NCBI RefSeq assembly: GCF_052425735.1
Contig: NC_135761.1
Location: forward strand, 46,066,001 to 46,130,000
DNA length: 64,000 nt
DNA from: Oculina patagonica
Taxonomy: Eukaryota
Direction: 5' to 3'
Shown here: positions 24,801 to 38,200 of the stretch, piece after piece
Position numbering within the stretch: the stretch's first letter is position 1
Layout: each line of letters begins with the position of its first letter
Position numbers and translations under genes: made by a program
The notes under the pieces: generated by a model
The model's database searches: none
Told to the model about the DNA's origin: nothing
Seen by the model: only the letters and a program-made list of their open reading frames with translations

Positions 24801-25723
24801 CGAGCCTTCGACGAGTTGTGTCCATGCCATTGATATATACAGTGGAACCCCGATAAAACGATCCTCGATATAACGATGAATATTCTATGTCCTGGCAAAA
24901 GTTACAGTAAAATGTATGGAACAGAATGCCGATATAACGATCGTCGATATAACGATATTCCCGATATAACGATGAATATTCTCTGTCCTGGCAAAAGTTA
25001 CAGTAAAATGTATGGAACAGAACGCCGATATAACGATCGTCGATATAACGATATTCCCGATATAACGATGAGAATTGAGCGAACCGAGCGTAATATCTTC
25101 CCCGATATAACGATATTATCGGTACACAGTCACAATTTAAGCATAATGATATTGAATTTTATCCAATAACATAACAGTAATCGAGTAATCTCTAACGTTT
25201 CTGACAACAACTTTGTACGATGATATACGAAAATGATACTCTGTTCTAAGCCTCTTTGTCCAGTTAAAAAGTATATGTTAGGTTTACTCCAATATAACGA
25301 TATTTTCGATTATTTTACGGCCATATCGTTATATCGGGAGTTTCGATACAACGATTCCTCGATATAACGATATATTTTATTGCTCCCTTGGCATATCGTT
25401 ATATCGGCGACGGGGTTCCACTGGATCCTGACAATGCTTAAAAGCATGCATTGGCAGGATCCATAATTCTTTCACATGTTCTTTCTTCAATTCCTTCGAA
25501 GTGGCCTCGTTATTTATTTTTATAGCAGAACGGAGTCATGCATCGACACAATTTGTTGCAAACAGCCAGATCGCGCTATGTAATGTCCTTTGTCATTTGT
25601 ACCTTTTTATTTTTATTTATTGGGATATGTTCATTATTTTTTTCAGATGTGTATGGTCGAAGCATTGAGTTGCGGAAGATGTCTGCATTTTCGACGAGAA
25701 CACAGAGCATATTTTTGGAGTAA
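21896..25723 (+). CDS. Class A (rhodopsin-like) GPCR, prostanoid-receptor-like
   Basis: Exon 1 21896-22675 (TM1-6; LVVSD, CLLRFLAVTRPLYY, GFGRF..C, CYVPFL); exon 2 23703-23916 (TM7 NPLLNPLVY, Cys-rich helix 8). Probable tail exons 25526-25579 and 25647-25723 keep frame (374 aa); without them the stop is at 23924 (333 aa). Confidence 0.85.
23166..23313. mobile_element. Short TAGCC...GGCTA element with 9-bp TSD
   Basis: AGTGCTTAG|TAGCCCTGCGTGACCAGCGTT ... AACGCCGGCCACGCAGGCTA|AGTGCATAG (TSD 8/9). Confidence 0.75.
24840..25423. mobile_element. Tc1/mariner-type MITE with an internal 96-bp tandem duplication
   Basis: TA|CAGTGGAACCCCG ... CGGGGTTCCACTG; many CGATATAACGA motifs; GAATATTCT recurs at 24878 and 24974. 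Confidence 0.8.
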
Positions 25724-28479
25724 CTGGTTCCAAACACTGAAATGCAGAATCTCGCCTCTAGATCCACAGAGAAATGCAGCCTCGAACAGCCTTACAGTTT
25801 TTATTTGTACAGAGTAAAGAGAATTGAATAAACTGTCACAAAGAGCCCCGGCTTTCAGTAGCGATGGAGTCGGAGTCCGTAAGTCGTAAGAGCGCTTACA
25901 ACTTAGCGTAAATCAAAAACTAGAGGTGTAAGTGAAGTTTTCATTTTCTTCCAATTCCGCTTCTTTTGACTCCGTACAGTGAAAACCAGATTGTCAGAAT
26001 CGCAGGCAGAAACGGAAGAACAAACCAATCACAATGCTAGTTCTCTCCGAGTACTTCCTTTCTGCTTGCGACTTTGACAATCTAATTTTCAGCGGAATAG
26101 AAAACTCTGCTCACGACTCCCTCGATCGTAACTGGATCGTAACGCTCTGCGCTTCTGACTACCGCTATAGTGAAAAAAGTGTTTAGTTTATATAATAAAA
26201 AAATCGGCTTCACTTGGTGACATGCTGGTGTCCATGATTCGTCCTGCTTAAGGTCGCGCAGGACCCTTGTATGCATTAGTATGTATTTATTTAAAGAGTA
26301 TGCACGAACTGCCGGACGACTAAAGCCGACAACAAACGAAATATTCATGAGAATGTTTGTTTGTAAACTCTTTTGTACAAGTAATTTCTAGTAATTGTTT
26401 TCAGCTTTGTGCCACGTGCGCTGGAACATAGGGAATTATCATAATTAGATTCACAGCTTTGAATATATCACACGTTGTTGTAAACATTGACTCGGAAGAT
26501 CTTCGGAAGCCTCAAAACCTGCAATTTTGTGTCCAAGTTTTCTCCGCCGATATAGAATTTCAATAGTTGATTCGCGAGGAACATAAACTTGGTGTACTCT
26601 ATTGTGCTATGACTAGAGTGAATTTTTAAATTTCCTTCTCAAAATGAAGATAGCACGTTTCAAAGTTAAGATTTCACATTTTTGCTCTCTTAGGAGCCAT
26701 TAACTTGGAGCAGTGTTTGAAATCGAAAATTTCGTTCTAGCCATAGCACAAAAGAGGTTAAGATTTATCACTAAGCTATATAATCATTTAATTTGGTGCG
26801 CTGTACTAGCTGAAAACTTGGACACAAAATCGCATTATCTGCAGTTAAACTTTAAGGGCTTGTAACATCACAGACAAAGGTCATCTCTCAGTAAAAGGAC
26901 AATCATGGTGTAATTCCATCATCCCCGAATATCCTTGTTAAATTTTATAGGAATCGATGTTCAAAATGTAGTGAATTAAAACTTTACAAGATAGCACTCC
27001 GTCAAGAAATTTGGCTAATGAATATATTAATGAGCAAGGGTCCCGCGCGACCTTAAATAAAAATTCATACCGGCATCAGTTTTTTTTAACTGAATATGCA
27101 AACAAGTCTGCTGTATACATGGACACTTTTGTACCAAAATGTGTATCTTATAATATCAAGATCTGACGAGCGCATGTGAACATTCCTGTTGCTTGTAGCA
27201 GCTCTCGTAAGCTTCTTATTCTATTGGCCCTTAAGTGTAGCAGTTGCTATTGTTTTAGGGGCTAGGCGCATTGTTCCTGTTGTTTGTTCTATTGTTCTCT
27301 CGCAAGGTAGCGAGCCATTCATGTGGAAGAGCTGCTATCAAACCTTCTGGTTACCCAAATGTTGATAATAATGTACAGTATCTTTCGCAAATATAAAGAT
27401 TCGCAAAAACAAGTCGTATCGTCCATAGGCAATAATGCTGCTTGAAGTGCAGGTTGGCAGAAAGTGACTTATGTTGATACATAAGGAAAATATCAAAGAG
27501 ATAAATTGTATTACGCTGTTAGAAGTATAAATATTAAATTTTAAGAAACTGAGTATTGTATTGTAAGTAGTGTGTTGTAAACAATTTAATTGTTATGTAG
27601 GTAGTGTAAGCAGTGTATTGCAATTGTACTGTAAGTAGAGTAAGCTTTGTATAGTAAGTAATAAGTAAGGCTTTGTATAGTAAGTAATTAGTAAAGTATT
27701 GTGTAGTAAGTAATCAGTAGTGAACATGTCACCTTGTAAGAACGTTCTGTGTGTGTTTTGCAATAAAAAAAAATAAAAAAAATATCAATAAAAAATATTG
27801 ACATATTTTTACCTTGTTTGGTAATCTGATTGCGTGTAAATGTAATTTTTGTCTCACCAAAGGCGCGTATGCCTGGGTATAAGCAGCCACCGACCTCTGT
27901 TCAAGTTTTCCGTCTATTTTGTCGCATCCTACTTGGCTCATGATATCAATTCAACCTGTATCTTTTTTTTCTGTGGTATCGAGGCCCGAGTTGTTAACAA
28001 GTCTGGAACAGTTGTTCGTTGCTGTACAAACTCAAAACTAACCAACTCCCCTGTCAGTTCCCAAATGCCAGTGGCTACATGAATATTTGCCATTTCAGCA
28101 AGTCTTTATTTTGGGGTTTCTTCCAATCTTGCTAATAAGAAGCTGATGAAAAAAATTAATTTCACCTTGCTTTATGTCCGTTATTTTATTTATACAAATA
28201 AGTTGCACAATAATTCTCTTCCCTTCACAGATTTATGTAAGTAGAATTTTAACTAAGTACATACTAGAAAATTTAGATTAAAAACTGTACACGTATCCAT
28301 ACTCCTTCTCAGGTCACTTTTACATCGCCATTGTTATCTACTATTTTTTATTACTATTACTTTTTCTATCGTACCATAAGTGTATAACCTTTAAATCCGT
28401 CAAATTGTAACTGTTTGGTTTATTGCATTGTAATGTAATGGGAACCTGCATATGTGTGTTTATCAATAAAAAAAAGTCT

Positions 28480-28755
28480 TAGAGCGATTTTCGATTGAGT
28501 ATCGTAAAACCACAACCAAATTAATCACTCTGGCCAATCACAAAGGACACAGACAGTCCAATGAACCAATCAAAACTCGAAGCAAATACATGTAGCCGGC
28601 ACGAAGAGCTGGAAATCGCGTTTTAGTGAGTCACGATTGGTTTTAGTTTTACTTCCGATTGGTTGAGAAAGTGGCGCGAGTTTTTAAAACCAATCACTGA
28701 GCGTAGCAATGCAAAACCAAAGGAAACGCGAATTACTTTCGACAGTGCAAGTGAC
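28480..28755. mobile_element. CCAAT-rich MITE (second copy at about 37017-37243)
   Basis: GAGCGATTTTCGATTGAGT.TCGTAAAACC ... AATTACTTTCGAC shared between the two loci. Confidence 0.7.
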
Positions 28756-28971
28756 AATGACTCTTATAAAATATATTTCTAAAGAAACCCCTCGCGCACG
28801 CTATATACCGCGCGCGCATTCTTTCGCTCGCGCTTATTGCCACAAACCATTGTGATGCGCAAGCTGCCCATTCAGACGTCAGGTTTTTTTTAACTCGAGT
28901 GGCATTTTCCTTGTGACATTAGAGCACAGAGAGGAGAGATTTCTTGACTGGAGTGACAATACGCGATACAA

Positions 28972-31032
28972 ATGCGCCTCGTTTTTCTTTGGAGCGGGCT
29001 TTTATGCCTTTCGTTGCTTGCCGTTTTTCCTGGCGAAGGACCAGGTAAGCTACTCGCGTGTTGTTTAATACTTAAAACAAAAATAAGCGCAGCGCGCAGC
29101 GCTACATAAGCTTACAGCTCCAAGAAGATCTTCGTTTTAGAAATGACACTGATAAAAAATATTTTCTTGCACTCATTTGGAAAATTGTGTTTGTCTAATT
29201 TGTTTCTCTGCGATACTGCCATGTAAACCACTGTTCCGTGTGTAACTGGCTAGTTATGTTTTCTAGCCTCTCTTTTAACATGTTTTGGTTTTTTTTTATC
29301 TCAAGGAATTCAAGAACACCCCCAGGGATTTAAGGGAGTGATCATCGATCGACTTCAATACTCTTGGATGACTGTAGTAAGTGTTTTGTTTAATCAGTGA
29401 GGGCGGCAAACATACTTTTTTGTAAATTTCCACCGCAAGGGTTTGTTAGAGCTGTTGCTTAGCGACATCAGTCTTCCGAACCAAGCGCGCGTGACAACCC
29501 TTGAAGTGCTCGCGCTATTTCTCGCGCCTTTTTGCTTCTCACGCATTCCTCCCCACGTGCGCGACTCGACGCTTAAAAGCGTGATTCGTGGCGCGTAATA
29601 AGCGACTGCATGCGTATAAGGTTACTTCTGATTGGACACGCAGAAAAGAATCTTCTTTCCTAGCGAAGGTTTACTAAAAACTGTTCTTGCCTAAATTGCT
29701 GATAATTGGCTTGATTTCTATGGGCCATGGGATCAGGATTATAGTGGTGGAATTTTAAAACTAAATGGGGTTAATTCATACACGGTTAGAATGGATTGCC
29801 TACTCGTTCAACTCTTGTTTTCAAACGAACGAGTTTTTTTGGCATAAAAACTCGTCGAAACAAGTTAAACGTGCACAAAACTTAAACTGAATTACGATAA
29901 CGGATGATCTAAAGTTGGTATATTTTTGTCATTCCAATCAGAAAACCGCGTACTCCTGGTACTCGTGGTACATCGAAGAACACAGTGATGAGATTTACGA
30001 TATGATCGACTGGAGTTTGGATTTCATTTTTGAGGAGAAAATCAGAGAACAAGGTTTGTAGCGCACTTTCGCCTTTCCATTTCTAATTAACCGACGTCGC
30101 TCCCCTTTCACTTTTGCTCACGAAGGGTGGGGGAGGCGAGGGGGGAGAGTGGCTTGCGTGAGCGTCGAGGATTTGCATAGCCTGCGCAGCAAGCGATCCT
30201 GGAATTTAGAAGGGAAATTGAGGCGAGGCTAAAAGGATGAAAGGAGGGGGGGGGGGGGGAGAAGAAGGAACTCTCTTTTCTCCTTTCCTGACCCCCTCGT
30301 CTTCCTTTTTTGCCCGCGCCCAAATTTTCGCGTGGCCAAAATGTGGATAACTCTGCTGGAACGCTTATTACGCAAGCAACGATTTTTGACCAGTCCCGAG
30401 TAGGAGTAAAGAAATTATAAAAACATTTTAGAATCAGGCTAAGGCGAGAGAAGAAAAAAAGCGTTTCTCTCCTTTGTGCATTGTTTTCGTTTTAGTTTGA
30501 AGTATTTCCTCTTGATCCGGCTTGATCCACGGGGGTGAGGAAAGTAGCTCTAATTGTTCTACAAACAGGAGTGCTGCGCGCAATTGAAGTCGTTTTTTGT
30601 CCACTTCTGATTAAGGTATCAATCCCAACATTCTTGAGGAGCTGCGTCAGAAGCGATTGAACAAGTTTGGCGAGTTCTTGGTGATCCTCATAATGTCAGG
30701 AGTATGTCTAAAGATGATTCGAAACGCAATCAAGAGGAGCTTTTACGAGTAAGTTCTACAATAGTGAACTACGAAATATGCTAGGGTTATGGTGTATTTC
30801 TTTTTATTCCTTATTCAAGAGTTGCTCACAGGTTTGTCGCTTAAGTTTACTCAAAAACGTCTATACCATTTACCAATCTATTTCCAGGGAGCTGAAATTC
30901 CGGCAAAAAGAAAGGCAACGAAGAGATTTCCTTAGAGGTCGGGAGAGGAGTTTACAGGATATCTGGAACATCACCATAGCAACCAACGTCAATAAAGGTG
31001 TCGGGCTTCGCGGGATGCAACGACACCATTAA
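28972..31032 (+). CDS. Uncharacterised small type I membrane protein, 5 exons, 177 aa
   Basis: Exons 28972-29044, 29306-29376, 29942-30053, 30616-30748, 30888-31032; phases 1,0,1,2 all match (534 nt). Signal peptide MRLVFLWSGLLCLSLLAVFPGEG, hydrophobic FGEFLVILIMSGVCLKMI, basic tail; TATATA at 28802 and AATAAA at 31170. Confidence 0.78.
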
Positions 31033-31345
31033 CGTTCATTTCAGCCGAAAACTTTTTGTATTATTTTGTCTGGTAAAGGTGAATCAATTTTTAAATTTCT
31101 TGTAACTACAATATAAATTCGGTGTAAGCAACGGTTGTTAAATATCCGCGTTTCTTGTGGAAAAGTGATAATAAAGATTGTGATACTAAACTATCTTGTG
31201 TTTTTTTTTCTGTCACAAATGTTAGTACCCCAACCAAGACTACAAGTCGCAGATAATTAACTGATTTAGTGAGCACTTGTGAGTTGGATTCAAATTATCG
31301 TCCTGATAAACTTGTGATTTTTCTCACCCTAAATAAGTCAGATCG

Positions 31346-31421
31346 CAACCTCATTCCCAGGGTATCTCTCTAACTGCCCCCCAGAGCGGGGAGAGAGAGA
31401 GAGACCATGGGAACGAGGTTG
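31346..31421. mobile_element. 76-bp hairpin element with perfect 9-bp TSD
   Basis: GTCAGATCG|CAACCTCATTCCCAGGG ... CCATGGGAACGAGGTTG|GTCAGATCG. Confidence 0.85.
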
Positions 31422-32208
31422 GTCAGATCGTTAATTTCTATAGATGTTGACGATATAATTTATAAACGATAACCGAAAATCCTAGTGACACGCCCTCCCC
31501 CCATTAATTCGAATTCAGTTTTGATTGGCTGTTTGGAACAAAGAATTCCTAAACGGAAGTCGAAAACGTAACAACTCTCTCATACATTCTTTTGAAACGT
31601 CATGACTGCATACATGAAGACCGGAAGTCCTAGAATCTAGGACTGGAAATCCTGTGTCCCCAGAGTCCTTTGTTTCCTCGTGCCAAGGCCCAGCCGGCTA
31701 AGAGAAACAAAAGGGCTATGGGGACGAGAATGATCGTGGCTACGTTGAAAAGCATATTTAAAACTTTCGCCTCCTTCCAACAAAACGTTCTTGTCTGATT
31801 ACTCCAAGTATGACTGCTAATATAAAAAGAACACTTAACCACAATCGCTTCTTTGGTTCTTTATTACAGTGTTTATTTAATTGATTATTGGGGAAGGATC
31901 TACTTGCTTATTATCCTGAATAATTCACAAAATCTGTTCGCGGTATTGACTATGTACAAAAAAGGTGTTGTGCTACTGAAAATATACTTCATTATGTATT
32001 CTTAAAAACACGTTTACACATACAGTATCTTTCTTTCTAATTTATGATGATTATTCTGGCAGCTCTTACATCTGTCTCGGAGATGTTCACGTCAACCTTG
32101 TTATAAAGCGGTATCTTATGTTTGGGAGTCAGTGCAGGCCCACAATCAGATGCCATCGCACGGGTCCTAACCAGTTGGTCCCTTTTGTCATTCCAATTGC
32201 TAACCTGA

Positions 32209-35200
32209 TCAAGGGACATGAGTTAATCTCAGTGCACAACACGTGTATTTGAATCTCCTCTGACCACGGGCTTTGTTTTCTTCGAGACTAAATCCTTGTA
32301 AGAATTCTCTTCTATCGCAGTGAACTTCAGGCTGCTCACTTAGCCAGTCATTTCTATCCACCCAACTTGTGTAACGAGGCAGACAGACCAGCCCCGCAAA
32401 GTCCCCCGGGGGTCCTGCGTCGCCTTTTGCCCCAGGGGGGCCTACACTGCCCTTGCTTCCTCTTGAGCCTTTATTCCCTCGGGGCCCCGATGGCCCTTGT
32501 GTACCGCGTTTTCCAGTTTCTCCTTTAGCTCCCTTGAGGCCCTGTTTGCCGGGTAGACAAAAGACCGGAGGGGTTGTGTTGTTCGATGGTGTCACACAGT
32601 TCCCTGGTAATCCGGGAAGCCCTTGTAATCCGGATAATCCTCGAGGTCCCTAGAGGAAACGAAGCCGGCTTTAGTTAATTGCACTGTGGCCACATAGGAA
32701 AGTAGGACTTGCAGGGCACAGTATACAGTGATTGTATGGGGAAGTTATGTCAAATAATTTTCTAAGTATCTAAACTACAAAAAGTTTGCAATTATCCAAA
32801 GTTTTCAAAATAGCCAAAGCATTCAAACTAAAGATATCTGAAAAAACAGCTTAACCCATCGAATTTAAAGATGTAGTCACATTTTTCTGTAAACTTTTCC
32901 AATTAATTTGCGCGCAGAATTGACCCAGCAACTAAAGACCACAAAGGATGATTTCAAAGGAAAGTTTCCTCTTCCTTGACTGAGGTGTTAGTCGTGTCCG
33001 GCCCTCAAGCTGTATGTGGGAGACGTCCGACATTTCAGGCTATCCGCTTCCGTCAATTTTATTTTAGTCTAAATCCGCGAAAGTAATTGCTCGCGTCCGT
33101 TTTCGAGCTGTCTGCCTACGGGTTTTGCCACACACAAAGTTTAGAGATACCATAATGATCCTGTATTTAAATTTAATGCCAACAAAATTCAAGGAAGTAT
33201 TTTATACTTGTTCTCCTTTTGGACCCTTCACTCCTGGTACTCCAGGGCGGCCTTGTAATCCTGGCTTTCCTATTGGTCCAGTCTTAAAGAAAATAATAAA
33301 ATACAATGAATAAAAATATGGTATAGCTAGGCAACAAAAAACGGGCAAACGTTTCTGTGACTGACTAGTCAGTGGCCCAAAACGAACTTCAGCTGTTCCT
33401 AAAGAAGGTTTGAATGCAAAGTTAATAAACACATTTATTTAGTGCTTCAACGTACCGCTCCCTTGGCCCCTGGTATTCCATTCAGACCGTCTCGTCCGTC
33501 GTCTCCCTGTAGTGAAGAAAATATGGGGTTTTATTTCATAACTACGACTGAAATGGCCATTAACTAAAATCAGCTTTACGGCTTGGCTCAATTTTTGTCG
33601 CATACCATATTATCAATAATAATCTTAGTATCCATGTTTAAGTTTTTACAGTTCTTTTCAATCATAACGTCATGCAATAATCTCTAATTAACCAACATTG
33701 TTCGAGATCTTACTGGGAGATCCGTGCTTGGTTTAAAGGAGAAGTTCACTCCAGAATGGCCATTTATTTTCTTTACGCCAATAAAAAGTTTATACAAAGA
33801 TATGTTATTCCCCAAAATTTCAGCCTCCAACGTCGCTATAACCCTACGAAATCTTCCCAAAACTCGACACTGAACACCGCCATCTTGGAGCTGATAATGT
33901 ATGCGTGACGTCAAAGAGCTCAGCCTGAAGTTTGGAGGGAAGATTGAAATCCGAAACTCCTTGTTTCTTCCTAGTGGCTTTTTTTTGTCAAAATGCATGT
34001 TTGTGCAGCTCCATTTTGCTCAAACAGAGCTCCAAGAAATACAAAAAACAAGGACTTTTGACTATTAAAATTTTCCCGCCAAACTTCAGGCTGAGCTCTT
34101 TGACGTCACGCATACGTTATCAGCTCCAAGATGGCGGCGTTCAGTTGTCGAGTTTTGGGAAAGATTTCGTAGGGTTATAGCGAACGTTGGAGGCTGAAAT
34201 TTTGGTGAATATCATATCTTCGTGTAAACTTTTTATTGGCGTAAAGAAAATAAATTGCCATTCTGGAGCGAACTTCTCCTTTAAATATATTTTTTGACGA
34301 AAGTAGTCCTATTTGCAGCCTGCAAACACAGACGTCCGCGTTGCCGGCTGTCCGCCGACCGCGGAGAGAAGCGACAGCCGGAAATACGTCTACCGTTCGC
34401 AGGCTGCCCTATTCGCGAAGTGAAACCAAGCTATGTATTTTCATGGAGTTAGTTTTGAAGATGTATTTACAAATGAGATCGATACCAATTTGCCAGTAGA
34501 CACATAACATATATCCAAAGTTTCCCTTCTATTAAAGGAATATTATCATGGAGATTCTGCTGTATTTTTGGTCAAATTTGAAAAATTATGGTTAAGTAAC
34601 TTCGCTCATACTTGAATTGCTCCTTTAACACCAAGATGAAGATGATGATGATAATGATGATAATCATTTATATGGCTTTTTCTTTTTTCTTTTTTTTTGG
34701 GGGGTATTCAGTTAAAAGTCGAATACACAGCAAATTGTAACAGTTTAAAGCCATTTTTCCAAAACACAAGGGCGGATTTCGAGGGTTCCATTTTACCATT
34801 ACAAATTATACTGACCGGGGGTCCTCTAGGTCCTTTTTGACCTGGTTGTCCTTTCGACCCAGCCCTTCCTCGCTGGCCTCTTGAACCTCGCTTTCCGCGG
34901 CATTCAGCGGAACACTGTTAACAAAAACAAGTAATCTGATTATTGAGGGTCGGCTTTTTAAATCCTGTTGAGGCGTCATATAGGTAAATTTTTATGTACT
35001 TAGATAAATAGGAAAAAAACAGCAATTGAAATAGTATAACATCATGTATCTATTAATTATGTACTAAAAATTGTACAGTCGAGCCTCGTTTAACAGATAC
35101 CTCTTATAAGCAGATTTTGAAGCCATTGTCCCAGCCACATACAAACACTACAATTTTAACCACCAATAGGCGCACACCACCCTAGTCCCTAGGCTATCTC

Positions 35201-38200
35201 TCTCGTTTCGTTGACCGCACTTTTCGATGACGTTATCACTTGCGATGAAGCCCAGACTCCCTAGAGCCGAGACGCCTAGGGACTAGGGGGCGTGGGTGCC
35301 TAGCTCTCAACGAATATTTTGAGCGCAGACCAGGATTTGCACACCGACTTTCCTTCGTCTATAAACTTCTCAAAATGAAGTAAATTCTCTTTACTGTTTT
35401 TCTGCACTTGCTCATTTCTTTGTGCGTGCTTTGCTTAAAAAATCCATTGCTCGACCGTTGACTCGATCCAAGAGTTTACTTATCGTAAATGGCCCTGGTT
35501 GTTCAAAAGACGGTTAACTCCAATCCAAGATAAGAACTGATAAAAAGTAAATACAGAAATCTTTATTGAGACTTTAGAAAACGGAAACACTAGATTAGCT
35601 TTATCGCGCTTTAAACAGCGTGGCCCGATAGGTCACATGGTTCTCTCAAGCTTGCGAATATAATTTAAACCTAAAAGCTTGGACAATTTTAATTTCAGAC
35701 GTTCTATTCCTCGATATGATAACTTTTGGACCAATTCCTTGTGATTTTGGACCAATTTCTTGTGATTTCGGACAGATTGTTTGGCACTGAAACGATAGTA
35801 ATGAGATTAACCTCAATAAAAAGGACAAAATTCTTAACTTCAACTGATAGCGGTGTTTAATGTAGCACTTGAACGGTCTTTATGGCGTTAATCTGTAGAT
35901 CTTGATCAACAAAGGTATCCTTTGGCAAGCCGGATGGCTGTGTTGAATGTTTCAGTCTTTATCGTCTTAGTCTTACGCATACTGTAACAAGACGATTAGC
36001 CATTTATTGGCTTCATTTCAGACCATTTGAAACTCAAAATGGTAGAATTGACAGCCTCCCCTTTGTTAAATCAGGGTTATGTAACATTTCAATTTGTTCG
36101 GAAGCGTAGCGTCATTGACAAAGGGACCCAGAAATGTAATTTTTTAACCGGAGCTCAGACTGTTTGTATTTGCTTTAAGAGAATGACAAACTCTTGGAGA
36201 CTTGGTGCGCCGGCCCCCTTTAAACGAAAAACTCGTGTAACTATAGCAACTAGCAGCGATTACATGCCGCATACTAACCAGCCCTGTTAAAAGACCATAG
36301 ATCAAGATCTGTAAAGTTGACATTTCGTGCCAGACAATTGCTCCTATAATGAATGAATGATTTAACGAGAATTTTTTAATTGCCTACTAATTAATGAATG
36401 GGGCAATTAACTAACGCGTAAAACAAGCCACCTCTGAAGTGGTCGAGCGTTTTCTTGTCTGATACGCGAAGCAGGAAATAAAGCAGGTCGTAAAAACTTC
36501 GCTGTAAATGTTCGTGACTTTGTGCTAGTCGGCTGACAGTGCATGTAAATCTAATTTGGCACGGAACAGTACTCCGTAACTAAATATAGTTGTGTAACTA
36601 TTTATACTTTTCGAAAATAAATTGGATTACATTCCTGGCATATTTTAGTTCTAACTATCAGAGTTAACGATATCTCGGTCTAAATTTTGCGAGTGGAAAA
36701 TTCTTGTTAATCCAAATCTATGACCCTTTAATTCCTAAAAGTGATAAACAATTATCTACTTATCGGTCCTTAAATTACGATATCAATACAGGCCGACACG
36801 CGACGAGAATAATCAAATATGGGCTGTTATTGACTAGTGCGTGCGCAGAAACCTACTCAAATTTTACGAGAGTCGAAGTGAGTTTTCAAGTTTTTTGTCC
36901 GCCTAAGGTAAAAAAAACATCATTTGCTTAAAACATAGATGTATAAAAACAGTTTTGTCCGAGAACGTAGCTTTACGAACATGGAAGGACCACAAATTAT
37001 ATAACTGTAAACGACTAGCGCGATTTTCGATTGAGTGTCGTAAAACCAAAAGAAAACAAACAGTCCAATGAACCAATCAAAACCCGAGGCGCGGAAAAAC
37101 GTGCGCGAGCGAGTCACGATTGGCTTTCAGTTTTACTTCTGATTGGTCGAGAAAGTGGCGCGAATTTTTTTAAACCAATCACTAAGCATATAATGCAAAA
37201 CCAATTGCAAAAGAAACGCAAATTACTTTCGACGCTCAAGTGAATAGGTCTAAACAGCAACTAAGAATCGTAAATGTTTGCTTCGCAATAATTCTTGTCT
37301 CGAAGTAACGTCGCTATGATACCTGGAAGTTTGTTTCCCGCTTTCGCAAAACTTGCTCATGATGTGAAAATGCTCTTAAACAAGAGACTCCAACCCCTTT
37401 GACAAAACAACAGTGTTAAACAATAACTGAGTTGATAAATGCGCATTTCTGGAGCTAAACAAGTGATTTACTTAACCCTTTTGCGGCCGAAATAATTCAA
37501 TGCGGTACGTTTTATCAGCGCGCGCGCTTGATCAAAAAACTTCCAAAGACAGAATTCCGAAAAAACATGTGTTCCTAACTAGGCGCTCCACCGTGCGAAA
37601 TTAATACATGTAGACCGACAAAGGGTCCTTCGTAAACAAATAATATTTTTTCAAGGCACTGTTAGAACAGGAAGGGTACAAGAAACATTTGCGTACCATC
37701 GCATGTTGTTAAACCATCAACGAGCCTAATACTGCTGTGTTTGAAAAGCTTGCGAAGAATTCCTAGAACGAGCCGCGATCAGTTTAAAATGGCTTTCAAC
37801 CGGTAGTGAGCAACAATGAAGGATTTATTCGGCAACAGATGTATCACGCTTACTAAGTCGATGAGAGAGTTTCTAACGGGTTAATTGTTGAAAAACGAAG
37901 AAGAATTTGGATAATGCGATAGCCGATTTCTGCGCGCGTGCTGACATGTGCGGTTTCCTTGCCGCGAGACCCCCGGGATATTTAAAAATAGGAGTTAGGA
38001 AATGTGCCATTTTCGATTAAAAAGGCAACTCTTTTCAGTAGGAATTGCCAAAATAAGCGAAAAATTGATTTAAAAACAAACTTTAAGCTAAACTGTTGTC
38101 GAGCACACCTTTTTAGCGGTAAAACCATATTAATCCACTTTAATTAATTAGTGAAACGAGATGTTCACATCGCACGCTGAGCTTGGCGCCTTATGAAAAT

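Noticed and set aside
24876-25169. ORF with a 32-aa repeat; superficially CRISPR-like repeated motifs
   Set aside because: Explained by a 96-bp tandem duplication and subterminal motifs in a MITE; no unique spacers and no cas genes.
33684-34180. Two mirror ORFs sharing IFPPNFRLSSLTSRI
   Set aside because: Artefact of the two arms of the foldback MITE.
35725-35775. 21-bp repeat encoding PKSQ(E/G)IG as a possible extra collagen exon
   Set aside because: Not in Gly-X-Y register and no convincing splice sites.
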